A stretch of 64,000 nt of DNA, from positions 23,580-87,579 of the forward strand of contig JABDKW010000008.1 of NCBI GenBank assembly GCA_013002025.1, in the 5' to 3' direction. Below the pieces are notes generated by a model. That model was given only the letters and a program-made list of their open reading frames with translations. It was not told where the DNA came from and ran no database searches. The stretch comes from Gammaproteobacteria bacterium. GTDB taxonomy: Bacteria; Pseudomonadota; Gammaproteobacteria; Arenicellales; Arenicellaceae. Every line of letters starts with the position of its first letter. Positions within the stretch are counted from its first letter, which is position 1. Made by a program: the position numbers and the translations under genes. This document shows positions 28,430 to 39,977 of the stretch, piece by piece.

Positions 28430-29416
28430 TTAGATCAGCGATGTCACAACCAGGTAGCCAATATAGCCGAAATATCCGATGACCAGAATGGTCCCCTCGC
28501 CGCGGCTAAAGTTGCCTTTGGTCAACGCAAAGATAAACATAAAGATGGTGAAAACAAACATCACGGGGAAGTCCCGCCATAAGGCACCGGTGTCGATCTC
28601 AGTCGCCCTTATTACGCCCGTAATGCCCAAGACTCCAAGCGTATTGAAAATATTAGAGCCAATAATATTGCCGATGATCATGTCGTGCACGCCCTTGCGC
28701 GCCGCTGAAATAGCCGCTGCCAGTTCCGGGAGTGACGTACCAACCGCAACAATAGTCAGCCCGATTATCAATTCTCCCACACCTAGATAGATAGCGATGG
28801 TGATAGCGCCCTGCACCAGCATCTTCGAGGCAATCATCAGCAAAATGATACTGAACAACGTAAATAACAGCGCAGAACCCGCGGATTTACCGCGCGGGTG
28901 ATCTATACGGCTAAGGTCCAACTCATGGGGGTCGGCGACGATATCTGAGATAGCCGGCTCTCCACCGGCACCCTTAGAGTGACCCGCCGACCAGGCCAGA
29001 TAAGAAAATAACAAGGCCAGCAAGATCACACCGTCCATGTTCGACAACAACCCGTCTAACACCATATAAATGGCGACCGCGCCAGTAACGATGACAATGG
29101 GGATGTCGATTCTTGCTGTAGTTTGGGTAACGGGCAGTGCTCTAACCATGGCCGCGCTGCCCAATACCAGGCCAATATTTGTGATGTTTGACCCGAGGGC
29201 ATTACCAAGAGCTAAATTACCTTTATTTTCCAGTGCAGCCATTGCGGAGACGAACATCTCCGGTGCCGAAGTGCCGAAACCGACGATAATGATGCCCACG
29301 ATAAAAGTGGATACGCCCACCTGATGAGCAAATTCCGAAGCATTGTCCACCAATAGATCAGCACTCCAGACCAGGAGAAAAAATCCGATTAATACGAGTG
29401 CAATGGCGGTAATCAT
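28430..29416 (-). CDS. yrbG: calcium/sodium:cation antiporter (YrbG family)
   Basis: 328 aa polytopic protein with two alpha-repeats (GTSAPE / GTSLPE). Confidence 0.85.
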   Translation of the reverse strand: MITAIALVLIGFFLLVWSADLLVDNASEFAHQVGVSTFIVGIIIVGFGTSAPEMFVSAMAALENKGNLALGNALGSNITNIGLVLGSAAMVRALPVTQTTARIDIPIVIVTGAVAIYMVLDGLLSNMDGVILLALLFSYLAWSAGHSKGAGGEPAISDIVADPHELDLSRIDHPRGKSAGSALLFTLFSIILLMIASKMLVQGAITIAIYLGVGELIIGLTIVAVGTSLPELAAAISAARKGVHDMIIGNIIGSNIFNTLGVLGITGVIRATEIDTGALWRDFPVMFVFTIFMFIFALTKGNFSRGEGTILVIGYFGYIGYLVVTSLI

Positions 29417-29726
29417 ATAGGGTTTGGCGCTCTTATTGACTCAAAGGCAGAGCGAGCGGTCTAGTGTGTTGTTTGCGCGCCAACAATGCAACCATAGCGC
29501 ATCCCCTGTCAGGAAACCATAGACTAAGGTCGTGGTCGCTCAGATGCCAGCTTTCAGGGTCAAAGGAAACAAAATTTTGCACCAAATTCACTTAAGATTT
29601 GGCGTCTGATGTTTATAATACCATCGCTGCTGGCCTTATCGATTAATTCGCAGACAGAGGCCGCAGCCGTAACACTCCTTATTTCGAGAATAGTTCGAGA
29701 TTGGTTAAATTTATTCAGAGGCCCCT

Positions 29727-30059
29727 ATGTTAGACAAGATCAAGGATTTTATTGCTCAACCCATTCCCCAGCAAATTTTGTATTTCGAGGAAATGTTAAC
29801 CCCGAAGCTCATTCAGATTGCTTATTGGTTAGCGCTGGTTGCTGTGGTGTGGACTGGCTTGGAGCGAATATTCTCCGGCGGGGTCGCAGGCCTTCTCGAG
29901 GGTGTAGTACATATTGTCGGTCTGGCAATTGCGGCGCGCGTAGTGGCCGAGATCATTATGCTGTTTTTTCAAATGCAAAACGATATGGAATTGCTGCGCA
30001 AAAACTCCGAAGGTGGCGCGACCAAGAAAAAAGTCACCAAGAAAGCGTCAAAAAAATAG
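29727..30059 (+). CDS. small membrane protein (DUF4282-like) with a lysine-rich tail
   Basis: 110 aa with the pattern FEEMLTPKLIQIAYWLALV and a C-terminal KKKVTKKASKK. The family call is tentative. Confidence 0.45.
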   Translation: MLDKIKDFIAQPIPQQILYFEEMLTPKLIQIAYWLALVAVVWTGLERIFSGGVAGLLEGVVHIVGLAIAARVVAEIIMLFFQMQNDMELLRKNSEGGATKKKVTKKASKK

Positions 30060-30313
30060 CCTGATTGCCGCTGCTGACGTAGTCCCTCTGGGGTAAAAAC
30101 GTCAACAACTGTTAAAATGCCGCCTCGCTGCGTCTTTTGCCCAGCAATTGTCAGGCTGGCAACGTTTTGATTAATCATTGGTTCAGCCAACTGCTGCCAT
30201 AGTGAAGAAGTAAAAAACGGGGAGCAATTCAGCTCGCCGGTGTGCTTGGCTGATTGAAAAATTGAGTTTTGAGCTCACTTTAATGAGTAAACCTTTAATA
30301 CTGGAAAACACCA

Positions 30314-30952
30314 ATGTGGATTAGATTTTTAAGCACAGCTAAAGCGATAGTATTGTCGTCTCTGATCATTTCCTTGCTGGGGGCGGGCTCTGCACTGGCA
30401 ACCACCAAGGCACCTGAAGCGGTGGTCATGGATACGTTTAATTCATTGATCAGCGATATTGAGCAAAACCGCGAATTGTACCGAAGCGATCCAAGCGCGC
30501 TTTACACCATGGTGGAAAGGGTGCTCACCCCCGCCATCCACGTAGAGAGTATTGCTACTAAAATTCTCGGCAAGCATGCACGCAATGCCACGCCACAGCA
30601 GCGGGCCGCGTTTGCTGAAGAATTTAAAAAAACCCTATTGTTCAGTTACGCTGCGCTCTTGCTTGAGTACTCTGGGCAGAAACTAGTACTCAAACCATCG
30701 CGGGTAGTGGGCGAAGATCGGGTCATTGTGAATACGGAACTTGCATCGGCCGATGCCAAGGCGTCAATACCGATTGTGTTCTACATGAGTAACCGTGGCG
30801 AGCCGACCTGGCGAGCGCGCAATCTTGAGGGTGCTGGCGTCAATTTTGTCACCACCTATCGGGCGACTTACAGTCAGAATATTGAGCGTAATGGCCTAGA
30901 TGCCGTTATTGCTGAACTGCGCACCAAAAACGCCCAGCTAAGCCAGCGTTAA
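30314..30952 (+). CDS. mlaC: phospholipid-binding periplasmic protein MlaC/Ttg2D family
   Basis: Signal peptide and MlaC-like sequence (ILGKHARNATPQQRAAFAEEFKKTLLFSYA). Confidence 0.7.
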   Translation: MWIRFLSTAKAIVLSSLIISLLGAGSALATTKAPEAVVMDTFNSLISDIEQNRELYRSDPSALYTMVERVLTPAIHVESIATKILGKHARNATPQQRAAFAEEFKKTLLFSYAALLLEYSGQKLVLKPSRVVGEDRVIVNTELASADAKASIPIVFYMSNRGEPTWRARNLEGAGVNFVTTYRATYSQNIERNGLDAVIAELRTKNAQLSQR

Positions 30953-31070
30953 ATAACATCCCATCGCCGCAAAACGTCGCGGTGGATCGGTCTCATCTGG
31001 GCTACAATCTAGGCCCCTTTCAATTTGTCAATCAGCAGCATCGGCGGCGTCAAGCAGCCCGATTATCAAC

Positions 31071-32006
31071 GTGAATAATACAAGTGAAGCGGCAATCACC
31101 GTTGCCGGCGTCAGCAAACGCTTTGGTGACCTGCTGGCACTGGACAATGTCAGCCTGTCGATTTCGCAAGGTGAGTTTTTCGGATTGCTGGGGCCTAATG
31201 GGGCAGGCAAATCGACCCTGATCAGCGCATTGGCCGGGTTGTTGCGAGTCGATTCTGGTGAGTTGCAGATAATGGGCGCCGATGTGCGCCGTGAGTATCG
31301 TCACGCACGCAGAAACCTGGGAGTAGTGCCACAGGAAATCGTTATTGATCCGTTTTTCACAGTGCGCCAGACACTGCAGTTTCAGTCTGGGTATTTTGGG
31401 GTTAAGAACAATGAGCAGTGGATTGACGAGTTGTTGGAGCAACTGAATCTGACCGACAAACAAGACAACAATATGCGCCAGCTCAGTGGCGGCATGAAAC
31501 GGCGAGTGCTAATCGCACAGGCCTTGGTGCACAAGCCGCCAGTGCTGGTGTTGGATGAACCGACCGCAGGCGTTGATGTTGAGTTGCGCCAATCCATGTG
31601 GCGCTTTATCCGCCGTCTGCATGGTGAGGGCCATACGATAGTCCTGACCACGCACTATCTTGAGGAGGCGGAGCAGTTATGCGACCGCATCGGCATAATC
31701 AATCAGGGCAAAATTATTGCGCTGGAGAGCAAACAGGATTTGTTGGCCCGTGGGCTGGGCAGCAAACTGTTGGTTCGTGCGGCACACACTATTGAAACGG
31801 TGCCGTTGGAGTATCAGGAGCGTATTGTTCGGCAGCAGGGCAGAGAACTCGAGTTGGTGCTGTACCGGGATCGGGATTCTATTATGGAAATCCTGGATCG
31901 ATTGCGTGCCACCTCCATGCAAATTGAACATGTTTCGGTGGTTAACGACAGCCTGGAAGACGTGTTCGTGCAAATGACCGGCAACGGCACCGGCGAGGTG
32001 AGCTGA
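31071..32006 (+). CDS. ABC-2 type transporter ATP-binding protein (YadG-like)
   Basis: GPNGAGKST, LSGGMKRR and LDEPTAGVD motifs. Confidence 0.85.
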   Translation: MNNTSEAAITVAGVSKRFGDLLALDNVSLSISQGEFFGLLGPNGAGKSTLISALAGLLRVDSGELQIMGADVRREYRHARRNLGVVPQEIVIDPFFTVRQTLQFQSGYFGVKNNEQWIDELLEQLNLTDKQDNNMRQLSGGMKRRVLIAQALVHKPPVLVLDEPTAGVDVELRQSMWRFIRRLHGEGHTIVLTTHYLEEAEQLCDRIGIINQGKIIALESKQDLLARGLGSKLLVRAAHTIETVPLEYQERIVRQQGRELELVLYRDRDSIMEILDRLRATSMQIEHVSVVNDSLEDVFVQMTGNGTGEVS

Positions 32007-32007
32007 T

Positions 32008-32772
32008 ATGAATTGGTATTCCTGCTACACCCTGTTTCGCAAGGAGATCGCTCGCTTTGTTAAGGTCTGGTTGCAGACGGTGGTGGCGCCGGTGGTAACA
32101 GCTTTGCTGTATCTGTTGGTATTCGGGCACGTGCTTGAGGGGCGGGTGGAAGTCTTCCCCGGCGTAAGCTATGCGGCGTTCTTAATCCCCGGCCTGTTGA
32201 TGATGACGGTGATCCAGAATGCATTTGCCAATACATCTTCGAGCATCATTCAATCCAAAGTGATGGGCAGCATCATTTTTGTCATGCTGCCCCCATTCTC
32301 CGAATGGGAATTTTTCCTGGCATATATCGGCGCCGCTATTATGCGGGGTCTGGCAGTCGGAGTCGGGGTCTTTTTGTTGGCGATATTTTATGTGGATGTC
32401 CCCATTTATAATTTTTTCATCATCATGTTGTTCGCTATTCTGGGTAGCTATGTGATGGGCGCTATAGGCATGGTGGCAGGAATTTGGGCGGAAAAATTTG
32501 ATCAGATCGCGGCGTTCCAAAGCTTTCTGATTGTGCCTCTAACCTTCCTGAGTGGCGTTTTTTATTCAATAAAATCGTTGCCGCCGCTGTGGTATGAGCT
32601 GTCAAAATGGAACCCATTTTTCTACATGATCGACGGTTTTCGGTACGGCTTTTTCGGGCAGTCTGATCAGCCTGTGGTGTTGAGTTTTGTGGCGATGCTG
32701 ATTGCAGCCATGGGGCTTACCTTTGTTTGCATGGCGATTTTACGCAGCGGCTATAAATTACGAGACGCTTAA
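32008..32772 (+). CDS. ABC-2 type transporter permease (YadH-like)
   Basis: 254 aa, 6 TM, with its start abutting the ATPase stop. Confidence 0.8.
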   Translation: MNWYSCYTLFRKEIARFVKVWLQTVVAPVVTALLYLLVFGHVLEGRVEVFPGVSYAAFLIPGLLMMTVIQNAFANTSSSIIQSKVMGSIIFVMLPPFSEWEFFLAYIGAAIMRGLAVGVGVFLLAIFYVDVPIYNFFIIMLFAILGSYVMGAIGMVAGIWAEKFDQIAAFQSFLIVPLTFLSGVFYSIKSLPPLWYELSKWNPFFYMIDGFRYGFFGQSDQPVVLSFVAMLIAAMGLTFVCMAILRSGYKLRDA

Positions 32773-32930
32773 ACCGGAAGCCATGCTGGTAAATTGATAA
32801 TACTAATGGCTTAAACTGGCTCAATATGGGGCTTTCGGGTATTCTTGCGCCCTCGGTTCGCGGCCCACAGGGCGCCGCCTGAGACAGTTTTCAGAATCTC
32901 CGTTTTTGAATTTATACATGTGACAATAAT

Positions 32931-33164
32931 ATGGTGACACCGGAACAATTAAAGCAGTGGATCGAAACCGGATTTGCTGCTGCTGAGGTCGACGTGGAAG
33001 GCGACGGCCATCATTTTGAAGCGCGAATTGTTGCAGACGAGTTTGTCGGCAAGAGCCGCATTCAACGCCACCAGTTGGTATACGCCGCTCTGGGCGACAA
33101 AATGAAGGCCGAAGTTCACGCGCTGTCGATGAAGACATTAACCCCCGACGAAGCGGCCGCATAG
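32931..33164 (+). CDS. ibaG: BolA family protein (IbaG/YrbA-like)
   Basis: 77 aa with SRIQRHQLVYAAL...VHALSMKT, upstream of murA as in E. coli. Confidence 0.8.
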   Translation: MVTPEQLKQWIETGFAAAEVDVEGDGHHFEARIVADEFVGKSRIQRHQLVYAALGDKMKAEVHALSMKTLTPDEAAA

Positions 33165-33196
33165 CCGCTGGTCGCTGATTTATTTAGAGGTGCTTT

Positions 33197-33547
33197 ATGA
33201 GTGAAACTATTAACCAGCCTGAGACGCCCGATGGCGATACCCCATCAATGCAGGATTTGATTCGGCAAACAGTCACGGACAATCGGGTCGTGCTATTTAT
33301 GAAGGGCAATGCGAGCTTTCCACAGTGTGGCTTTTCGGGTCGCGCAATCCAGATATTACAGGCCCTCAATACTGAGTTTGTAACAGTCGATGTGTTGAGT
33401 AATGACGAAGTGCGAGAAGGGATCAAAGCCTATTCAAGCTGGCCCACCATTCCGCAACTGTATGTGAACGGTGAGTTTATTGGCGGCAGCGACATTATGA
33501 CCGAGATGTACGAAGCAGGTGAATTGCAGTCAGTACTGTCTGCCTGA
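33197..33547 (+). CDS. grxD: monothiol glutaredoxin (Grx4 family)
   Basis: The CGFS active site (PQCGFSGRA) and WPTIPQLYVNGEFIGG. Confidence 0.9.
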   Translation: MSETINQPETPDGDTPSMQDLIRQTVTDNRVVLFMKGNASFPQCGFSGRAIQILQALNTEFVTVDVLSNDEVREGIKAYSSWPTIPQLYVNGEFIGGSDIMTEMYEAGELQSVLSA

Positions 33548-33550
33548 TAG

Positions 33551-34858
<1,308 letters not shown>

Positions 34859-34859
34859 T

Positions 34860-35483
34860 ATGATCACCATCGCGCTCGCGAAGGGGCGAATTCTCAAACA
34901 GGTCGTGCCGATGCTGGAACAGATCGGCATCCGGGCCCTGGATGACCCCGATACCAGCCGCAAACTGATTTTGCAAACCGATAATGACGATGTCCGTTTG
35001 GTTGTGCTGCGCGCGACTGACGTGCCTACCTATGTGCAATTTGGCGCAGCGGATTTGGGCGTGGTGGGCAAAGATGGCTTGATGGAGCATGGCGGTGAAG
35101 GCCTCTGTGAGCTTTTGGATTTAAACATTGCTCGCTGCCGCCTGATGACTGCGGTGCCCAATGAACAAACAGCGCGCGCCAGCAATGGGCGCATCCGAGT
35201 TGCAACTAAATACGTAAAGCTGGCTCAACAGCACTATCAGTCTAAGGGTATTCAGGCCGAAGTTATCAAGCTATACGGCTCCATGGAGTTGGCGCCCTTA
35301 GTCGGCCTGGCCGACGAAATTGTGGATCTGGTGGAAACCGGCGGCACCCTCAAAGCTAATAATCTGGTCGAGCGCGAGTTGATCGCAGAGATCTCCTGCC
35401 GCCTGGTGGCCAATGCAGCATCTATGCGTCGTCAACACTCGGCTATCCGGGACTTGGTTGGCCGATTAGAGTCGGTACTCTAG
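34860..35483 (+). CDS. hisG: ATP phosphoribosyltransferase (short form)
   Basis: 207 aa, [12 protein letters not shown]... is HisG(S)-like. Confidence 0.9.
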   Translation: MITIALAKGRILKQVVPMLEQIGIRALDDPDTSRKLILQTDNDDVRLVVLRATDVPTYVQFGAADLGVVGKDGLMEHGGEGLCELLDLNIARCRLMTAVPNEQTARASNGRIRVATKYVKLAQQHYQSKGIQAEVIKLYGSMELAPLVGLADEIVDLVETGGTLKANNLVERELIAEISCRLVANAASMRRQHSAIRDLVGRLESVL

Positions 35484-35495
35484 GCAAGTCTTACC

Positions 35496-36791
35496 ATGGC
35501 GATAAATCGTCTGTATGCCGCTGAAGCCGATTTTGAATTGCGTCTGGCAAGCCTGTTAGGTCGTGCAGGTTCGACCAACAAAGATATTACAGCCAGCGTG
35601 CGCGACATCATTGAGGATGTGCGCCAACGTGGGGATCAAGCACTGTTCGAATACACCGCAAAATTTGATCAGTGCGACATAAACAGAGAATCAGTAGAAA
35701 TAAATGCTGCCCAGTTGCACAAGGCAACACAGGCGATCGCGCCAGAGCTATTGAACTCGCTTAACTTCGCCGCTGATCGAATCCGTGCCTACCATCAACA
35801 ACAGTTGCAGGGAGACTGGCATATCACCGAGCCCGACGGCACGCGGCTGGGACAGAAAGTCACGCCCATCAAACGGGTTGGCTTATATGTGCCGGGTGGT
35901 AAAGCGGCCTATCCTTCCTCTGTATTGATGAATGCGATACCCGCTAAAGTTGCAGGGGTCGAAGAACTTATCGTTGTTTCACCCGCTCCTCAGGGGGCAA
36001 TCAACCAAGCCGTATTGGCAGCTGCCGCCGTCGCTGGAGTGGATCGGTTTTTTCAGATCGGCGGTGCGCAGGCGGTTGCCGCGCTGACTTTTGGAACGGA
36101 GAGCATTCCAGCCGTTGATAAGATTACCGGGCCGGGCAATCAATATGTTGCCGAGGCCAAGAAACAGGTGTACGGCCGCGTAGGCATCGATATGATTGCC
36201 GGCCCCTCTGAGGTGTTGGTGATTGCCGACGACTCGGCCGACCCCGAATGGATTGCAATGGATATGTTCGCCCAGGCCGAGCATGATGAGATGGCCCAGG
36301 CAATTTTATTAACCAGTGATCCGGCCCTGGCCGATGCTGTGGCTAATACAATCGAACGCTTGCTTGACGGGATGCCGCGCAGGGAAATAATTACCGAATC
36401 GCTGCGCAGTCACGGTGCGATTATTGTCGTAGAAAACCCGGCTCAGTTAGTCACTGTGGCCGACACGATCGCCGCCGAGCATCTGGAAATATTTACTCGT
36501 GATGCAGATCAGCTAGCGGCCACGATATCCAATGCCGGTGCTATTTTTGTGGGGCCGTACAGCGCTGAATCGCTGGGTGATTATTGTGCCGGGCCGAACC
36601 ACGTACTCCCTACCTCGGGTACCGCGAGATTTAGTTCGCCGTTGGGAGTCTATGATTTTCAGAAACGTACCAGCGTCTTGAATATTTCTATGCAGGGCGC
36701 TCAATCTATGGCGGAGCACGCAGCGCGCTTAGCCGATAGTGAAGAATTACCGGCCCATGCTGCTTCGGCCCGGTTACGCCAGGGCGACTGA
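35496..36791 (+). CDS. hisD: histidinol dehydrogenase
   Basis: 431 aa with QAEHDE and GDYCAGPNHVLPT motifs. Confidence 0.9.
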   Translation: MAINRLYAAEADFELRLASLLGRAGSTNKDITASVRDIIEDVRQRGDQALFEYTAKFDQCDINRESVEINAAQLHKATQAIAPELLNSLNFAADRIRAYHQQQLQGDWHITEPDGTRLGQKVTPIKRVGLYVPGGKAAYPSSVLMNAIPAKVAGVEELIVVSPAPQGAINQAVLAAAAVAGVDRFFQIGGAQAVAALTFGTESIPAVDKITGPGNQYVAEAKKQVYGRVGIDMIAGPSEVLVIADDSADPEWIAMDMFAQAEHDEMAQAILLTSDPALADAVANTIERLLDGMPRREIITESLRSHGAIIVVENPAQLVTVADTIAAEHLEIFTRDADQLAATISNAGAIFVGPYSAESLGDYCAGPNHVLPTSGTARFSSPLGVYDFQKRTSVLNISMQGAQSMAEHAARLADSEELPAHAASARLRQGD

Positions 36792-36825
36792 CGCAAGGGC
36801 GATAAACGCGGGTGCAGCTGCGCGT

Positions 36826-37293
36826 TTAGTTGGCCACCTTGGCCAGCAGTGACGCGAGCTGTTGGTCACTCAATTGCAGAATATCCTCTGCCAGCACTGA
36901 CTCAACCCGGGCACTTAGCAGATCAATGGTGGCATTAAACGCATCCTTGGTCAGCGATTCCGAGCCCTTGAGTTTCGATGGATCGGGAATGCCCCAATGC
37001 ACTTTGACTGCCGCAGCAAACACGACCGGGCAAGGCTCACCGGCGGCGCTATCACACAGCGTAATAAGCGCTGTGGGCTTAAAATCACCCAAGTCATGCC
37101 ACGACTTACTCATTAATCCTTTGGTATCGATGCCGCGCGCTTGCAGATATTTGAAAGTCCTTGGGTCAACGCTGCGAGCGGGTTCGCTGCCTGCGCTGGC
37201 AACTTCAATCTTGCCGCCCGCCAAATGCCGGGTGATGGCTTCTGCCAATATGCTGCGGCAGCGGTTGTGGGTACAGACGAATAGGAGACGCAT
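36826..37293 (-). CDS. arsC: arsenate reductase, LMW-PTP (thioredoxin-coupled) type
   Basis: FVCTHNRCRS P-loop (CX5R) plus downstream Cys residues. Start taken at the internal Met MRLLFVC. Confidence 0.7.
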   Translation of the reverse strand: MRLLFVCTHNRCRSILAEAITRHLAGGKIEVASAGSEPARSVDPRTFKYLQARGIDTKGLMSKSWHDLGDFKPTALITLCDSAAGEPCPVVFAAAVKVHWGIPDPSKLKGSESLTKDAFNATIDLLSARVESVLAEDILQLSDQQLASLLAKVAN

Positions 37294-37432
37294 CGCGCAA
37301 AGATAATACCACAATGCCGGCGAGTCAAAATGAGGTGTCGGGAGAGGTCGGCTGGCTTGGGTTACAGCGACAGATTGTATATAGTAAGCGCGTGACCTCT
37401 CATCCTAATCAATGCGTCATAATTGTGATCAC

Positions 37433-38488
37433 ATGAGCCGCATATTCTGCCCCGATAAAAGATCCTTCAATGGTGTTGCGCTGATATTCAGCATTGCGAT
37501 CTTGATGCTGGCGGGTTGCGGCAGTGATGAGCAGGCCGAACCTGAAGCGCCGGAACAACCGCCACAATCGACCATTAAACGCGGCGACGTGGAAACCCAT
37601 TTATTTCTGGGAACCGGCAGTGTGAAGGGGGTTTACTTCCCTATTGGCGGAGTGATTTGTCGCCTGGTCAACCGCCATCAATCCAAGCACAGCATCCGTT
37701 GTACTGTCGAGAGCACCAGCGGCTCAGTAAGTAACCTGCGTCAATTGCGCTCGGGAATGTTTGACTTGGTGGTGACACAATCGGACTGGCAGTACCATGC
37801 TTACAAAGGTACCAGCACATTCGCCAAGGATGGGCCGAATGAAAATTTACGTGCCGTTTTTGCTCTTGAACCCGATCCACTTGCTTTGCTGGTCAGGGAA
37901 GAATCGGAGATTCAGCAGTTTGATGATCTACGCGATCGGATCGTCAGCTTTGGCTACTCTCGTTCACTGCAACACCGCAGTGTTGATGATTTATTGGAAG
38001 TGAAAGGTTGGGACGATGACAGCTTCAAGGAGATTCGCCGCATGAGTGATACCCGACAGATTGCGGAGATCTGTGCAGACAACGTGGCTGCGGTACTGTT
38101 GTTGAGTAGTAGCCTGACGGATTATCTTGCGACCAAGCCTCAGGAATGTCGCTTGCGCATGGTACCGATCAGCGGGCCAGAGGTTGAAACGGTAATCAAA
38201 CAAAAACCGTATTATCGGCGCGGTATTATTCCCAAGGGCATGTACCTCGACAGTCAGGAAGATGTGACGTCCTTTGGTCTGGGTGCAATTTTCGTAGCCT
38301 CTGAGTCGACGTCGCCCAAGGCTATTTATCATGTTGTGAAGGAAATTGTGGAGAACTTTAGAGACTTTCAATCATTGCATCCATCGCTGCAGGGCCTGGA
38401 CAAGCGGGAGTTGCCGTACGCCGGCATTTCAGCACCGCTGCACCCGGGTGCGATACGCTATTACAAAGAAGCTCGCCTACTCAAGTAG
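37433..38488 (+). CDS. TAXI-family TRAP transporter solute receptor (lipoprotein), orphan
   Basis: Lipobox ILMLAGC, GTGSVKGVYFPIGGVICRLVN, C-terminal HPGAIRYYKE. No TRAP membrane component is nearby. Confidence 0.7.
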   Translation: MSRIFCPDKRSFNGVALIFSIAILMLAGCGSDEQAEPEAPEQPPQSTIKRGDVETHLFLGTGSVKGVYFPIGGVICRLVNRHQSKHSIRCTVESTSGSVSNLRQLRSGMFDLVVTQSDWQYHAYKGTSTFAKDGPNENLRAVFALEPDPLALLVREESEIQQFDDLRDRIVSFGYSRSLQHRSVDDLLEVKGWDDDSFKEIRRMSDTRQIAEICADNVAAVLLLSSSLTDYLATKPQECRLRMVPISGPEVETVIKQKPYYRRGIIPKGMYLDSQEDVTSFGLGAIFVASESTSPKAIYHVVKEIVENFRDFQSLHPSLQGLDKRELPYAGISAPLHPGAIRYYKEARLLK

Positions 38489-38508
38489 AGCCAGGAATCC
38501 ATTAAATT

Positions 38509-39144
38509 ATGAAGGCAGATCAAGCGCTGGAAAAATTACGGCAGGGCAACGCCAATTATGTGAGTGCCATTGCCGAGGGACGGGCTTTGAGCACCAGCTT
38601 GCAACGTCAGCCGGCAGATCTTGTGCAGCAACGGCCTTTTGCCATCGTACTGGGCTGCTCTGATTCGCGCGTGCCCGCCGAATTGGTATTCGATCAGGGA
38701 CTCGGTGATTTATTCGTGATCCGGGTGGCGGGGAATATCGTGGCACCTTCCCAGATCGGTAGTATTGAATTCGCCTGCCAACAATTCGGCACCCAATTGG
38801 TGGTTGTATTAGGGCATTCGCACTGCGGTGCTATTGAAGCGACCGTGGATGCCCTGACCGGTAACCCCGACGACCTGTCCCCAAATTTGGCCGCCATTGT
38901 CGATCGGGTGATGCCAGCGGTGCACCCTGTTGTTAGAGGCCATGAACATGATGACCGTGAACAATTATTGCACCAGGCGATGAAGGCCAATGTGGAGCAA
39001 TCCGTGAAGTTATTGCAATTGCGCTCACGAATTATTCGTGGCTTGATCAACCGCAACGAGCTGACAATCGTTGGTGCTGAGTACAGCATTGAGACCGGCA
39101 GGGTCACCTTTTATTCTGATGGCTCGAGTGAAGAGGCAAGCTAA
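38509..39144 (+). CDS. beta-class carbonic anhydrase
   Basis: CSDSR and GHSHCG zinc-ligand motifs. Confidence 0.85.
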   Translation: MKADQALEKLRQGNANYVSAIAEGRALSTSLQRQPADLVQQRPFAIVLGCSDSRVPAELVFDQGLGDLFVIRVAGNIVAPSQIGSIEFACQQFGTQLVVVLGHSHCGAIEATVDALTGNPDDLSPNLAAIVDRVMPAVHPVVRGHEHDDREQLLHQAMKANVEQSVKLLQLRSRIIRGLINRNELTIVGAEYSIETGRVTFYSDGSSEEAS

Positions 39145-39148
39145 GTCT

Positions 39149-39913
39149 ATGCATCCATCTGACACCGAAACCGAACAACAGGCGAGCCGTAGCGCAATCG
39201 ACTGGCGGGTTATGATGGGTATCATCCTGACCAGCGTATGGATTATGACCGGGCTAATTTACCTGCTGGGTATTGTCGGTTGGGCAGAATTTGTTGCCCT
39301 GCCAACCGCGGATATCGGGAGTTTTCTCGAAGGTGCATTCGCACCGCTAGCTTTCTTGTGGCTGGTGATAGGACACTTTATGCAGCAAACAGAAATCTCG
39401 GCCAATACCCGCGCCATTATGATTCAGGAACAAAGCGCCAAGCGTCAGGAACTGCATTCGCGCCGCGATAGTTACTTTAAGTTGCTGGGCCTGATTCAAG
39501 ATCAATTAGGTGCCATCGCCGGCTTTCATTATATGTCAGTTTGTGGGCCCACCGGCACTGGCGAAATGAGCACTGAAGAGTTTGCCAACCTGCGCGGCGA
39601 AGCGGCCGCGGGTGATGCTTCTATATTCACCAGAAAAATGATCAGCCTGCTGAGCCAATATCGTGAAGATCCGCAGCAGGTAGAGGAGATATTGTTCGGT
39701 ACAGAGATTCGCACGCGACACAGCAATAACTTTGTCGACACCTTTGCCAAATTGTTACGCAATGCGGAATCGGTAGATCATGATGATATGGTCGTTAACG
39801 CTGTTTTATTTGGCTCTCCCTCGGGCATGTATTACCGAATTATTCGAGCTGCACAGGGCAAAGAAGAGCTAAATCCATTAACCGGATTTGCAACTCGACA
39901 GACAAAAAATTAA
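39149..39913 (+). CDS. hypothetical membrane protein
   Basis: Two or three N-terminal TM helices and a soluble C-terminal domain, with no recognisable family. The start is taken at MHPSD, just after the carbonic anhydrase stop. Confidence 0.45.
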   Translation: MHPSDTETEQQASRSAIDWRVMMGIILTSVWIMTGLIYLLGIVGWAEFVALPTADIGSFLEGAFAPLAFLWLVIGHFMQQTEISANTRAIMIQEQSAKRQELHSRRDSYFKLLGLIQDQLGAIAGFHYMSVCGPTGTGEMSTEEFANLRGEAAAGDASIFTRKMISLLSQYREDPQQVEEILFGTEIRTRHSNNFVDTFAKLLRNAESVDHDDMVVNAVLFGSPSGMYYRIIRAAQGKEELNPLTGFATRQTKN

Positions 39914-39977
39914 ATAGATTAATACTCAAACGGCGCACCATAGAGGCCGTTCAGCAACTTACCATTGGAGGCACCCT

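Noticed and set aside
29609-30064. 151-aa ORF overlapping the DUF4282-like gene in another frame.
   Set aside because: The 110-aa frame has a clear TM-protein pattern and a sensible start. The alternative frame is Arg/Cys-rich and implausible.
32796-32810. Fur-box-like GATAATACTAATGGC upstream of ibaG.
   Set aside because: Only about 10 of 15 positions match the consensus, there is no dyad symmetry, and no iron-related gene lies downstream.
39071-39148. Upstream extension of the membrane-protein ORF, overlapping the carbonic anhydrase gene by 74 bp.
   Set aside because: The internal ATG at 39149, immediately after the carbonic anhydrase stop, gives a conventional non-overlapping arrangement.
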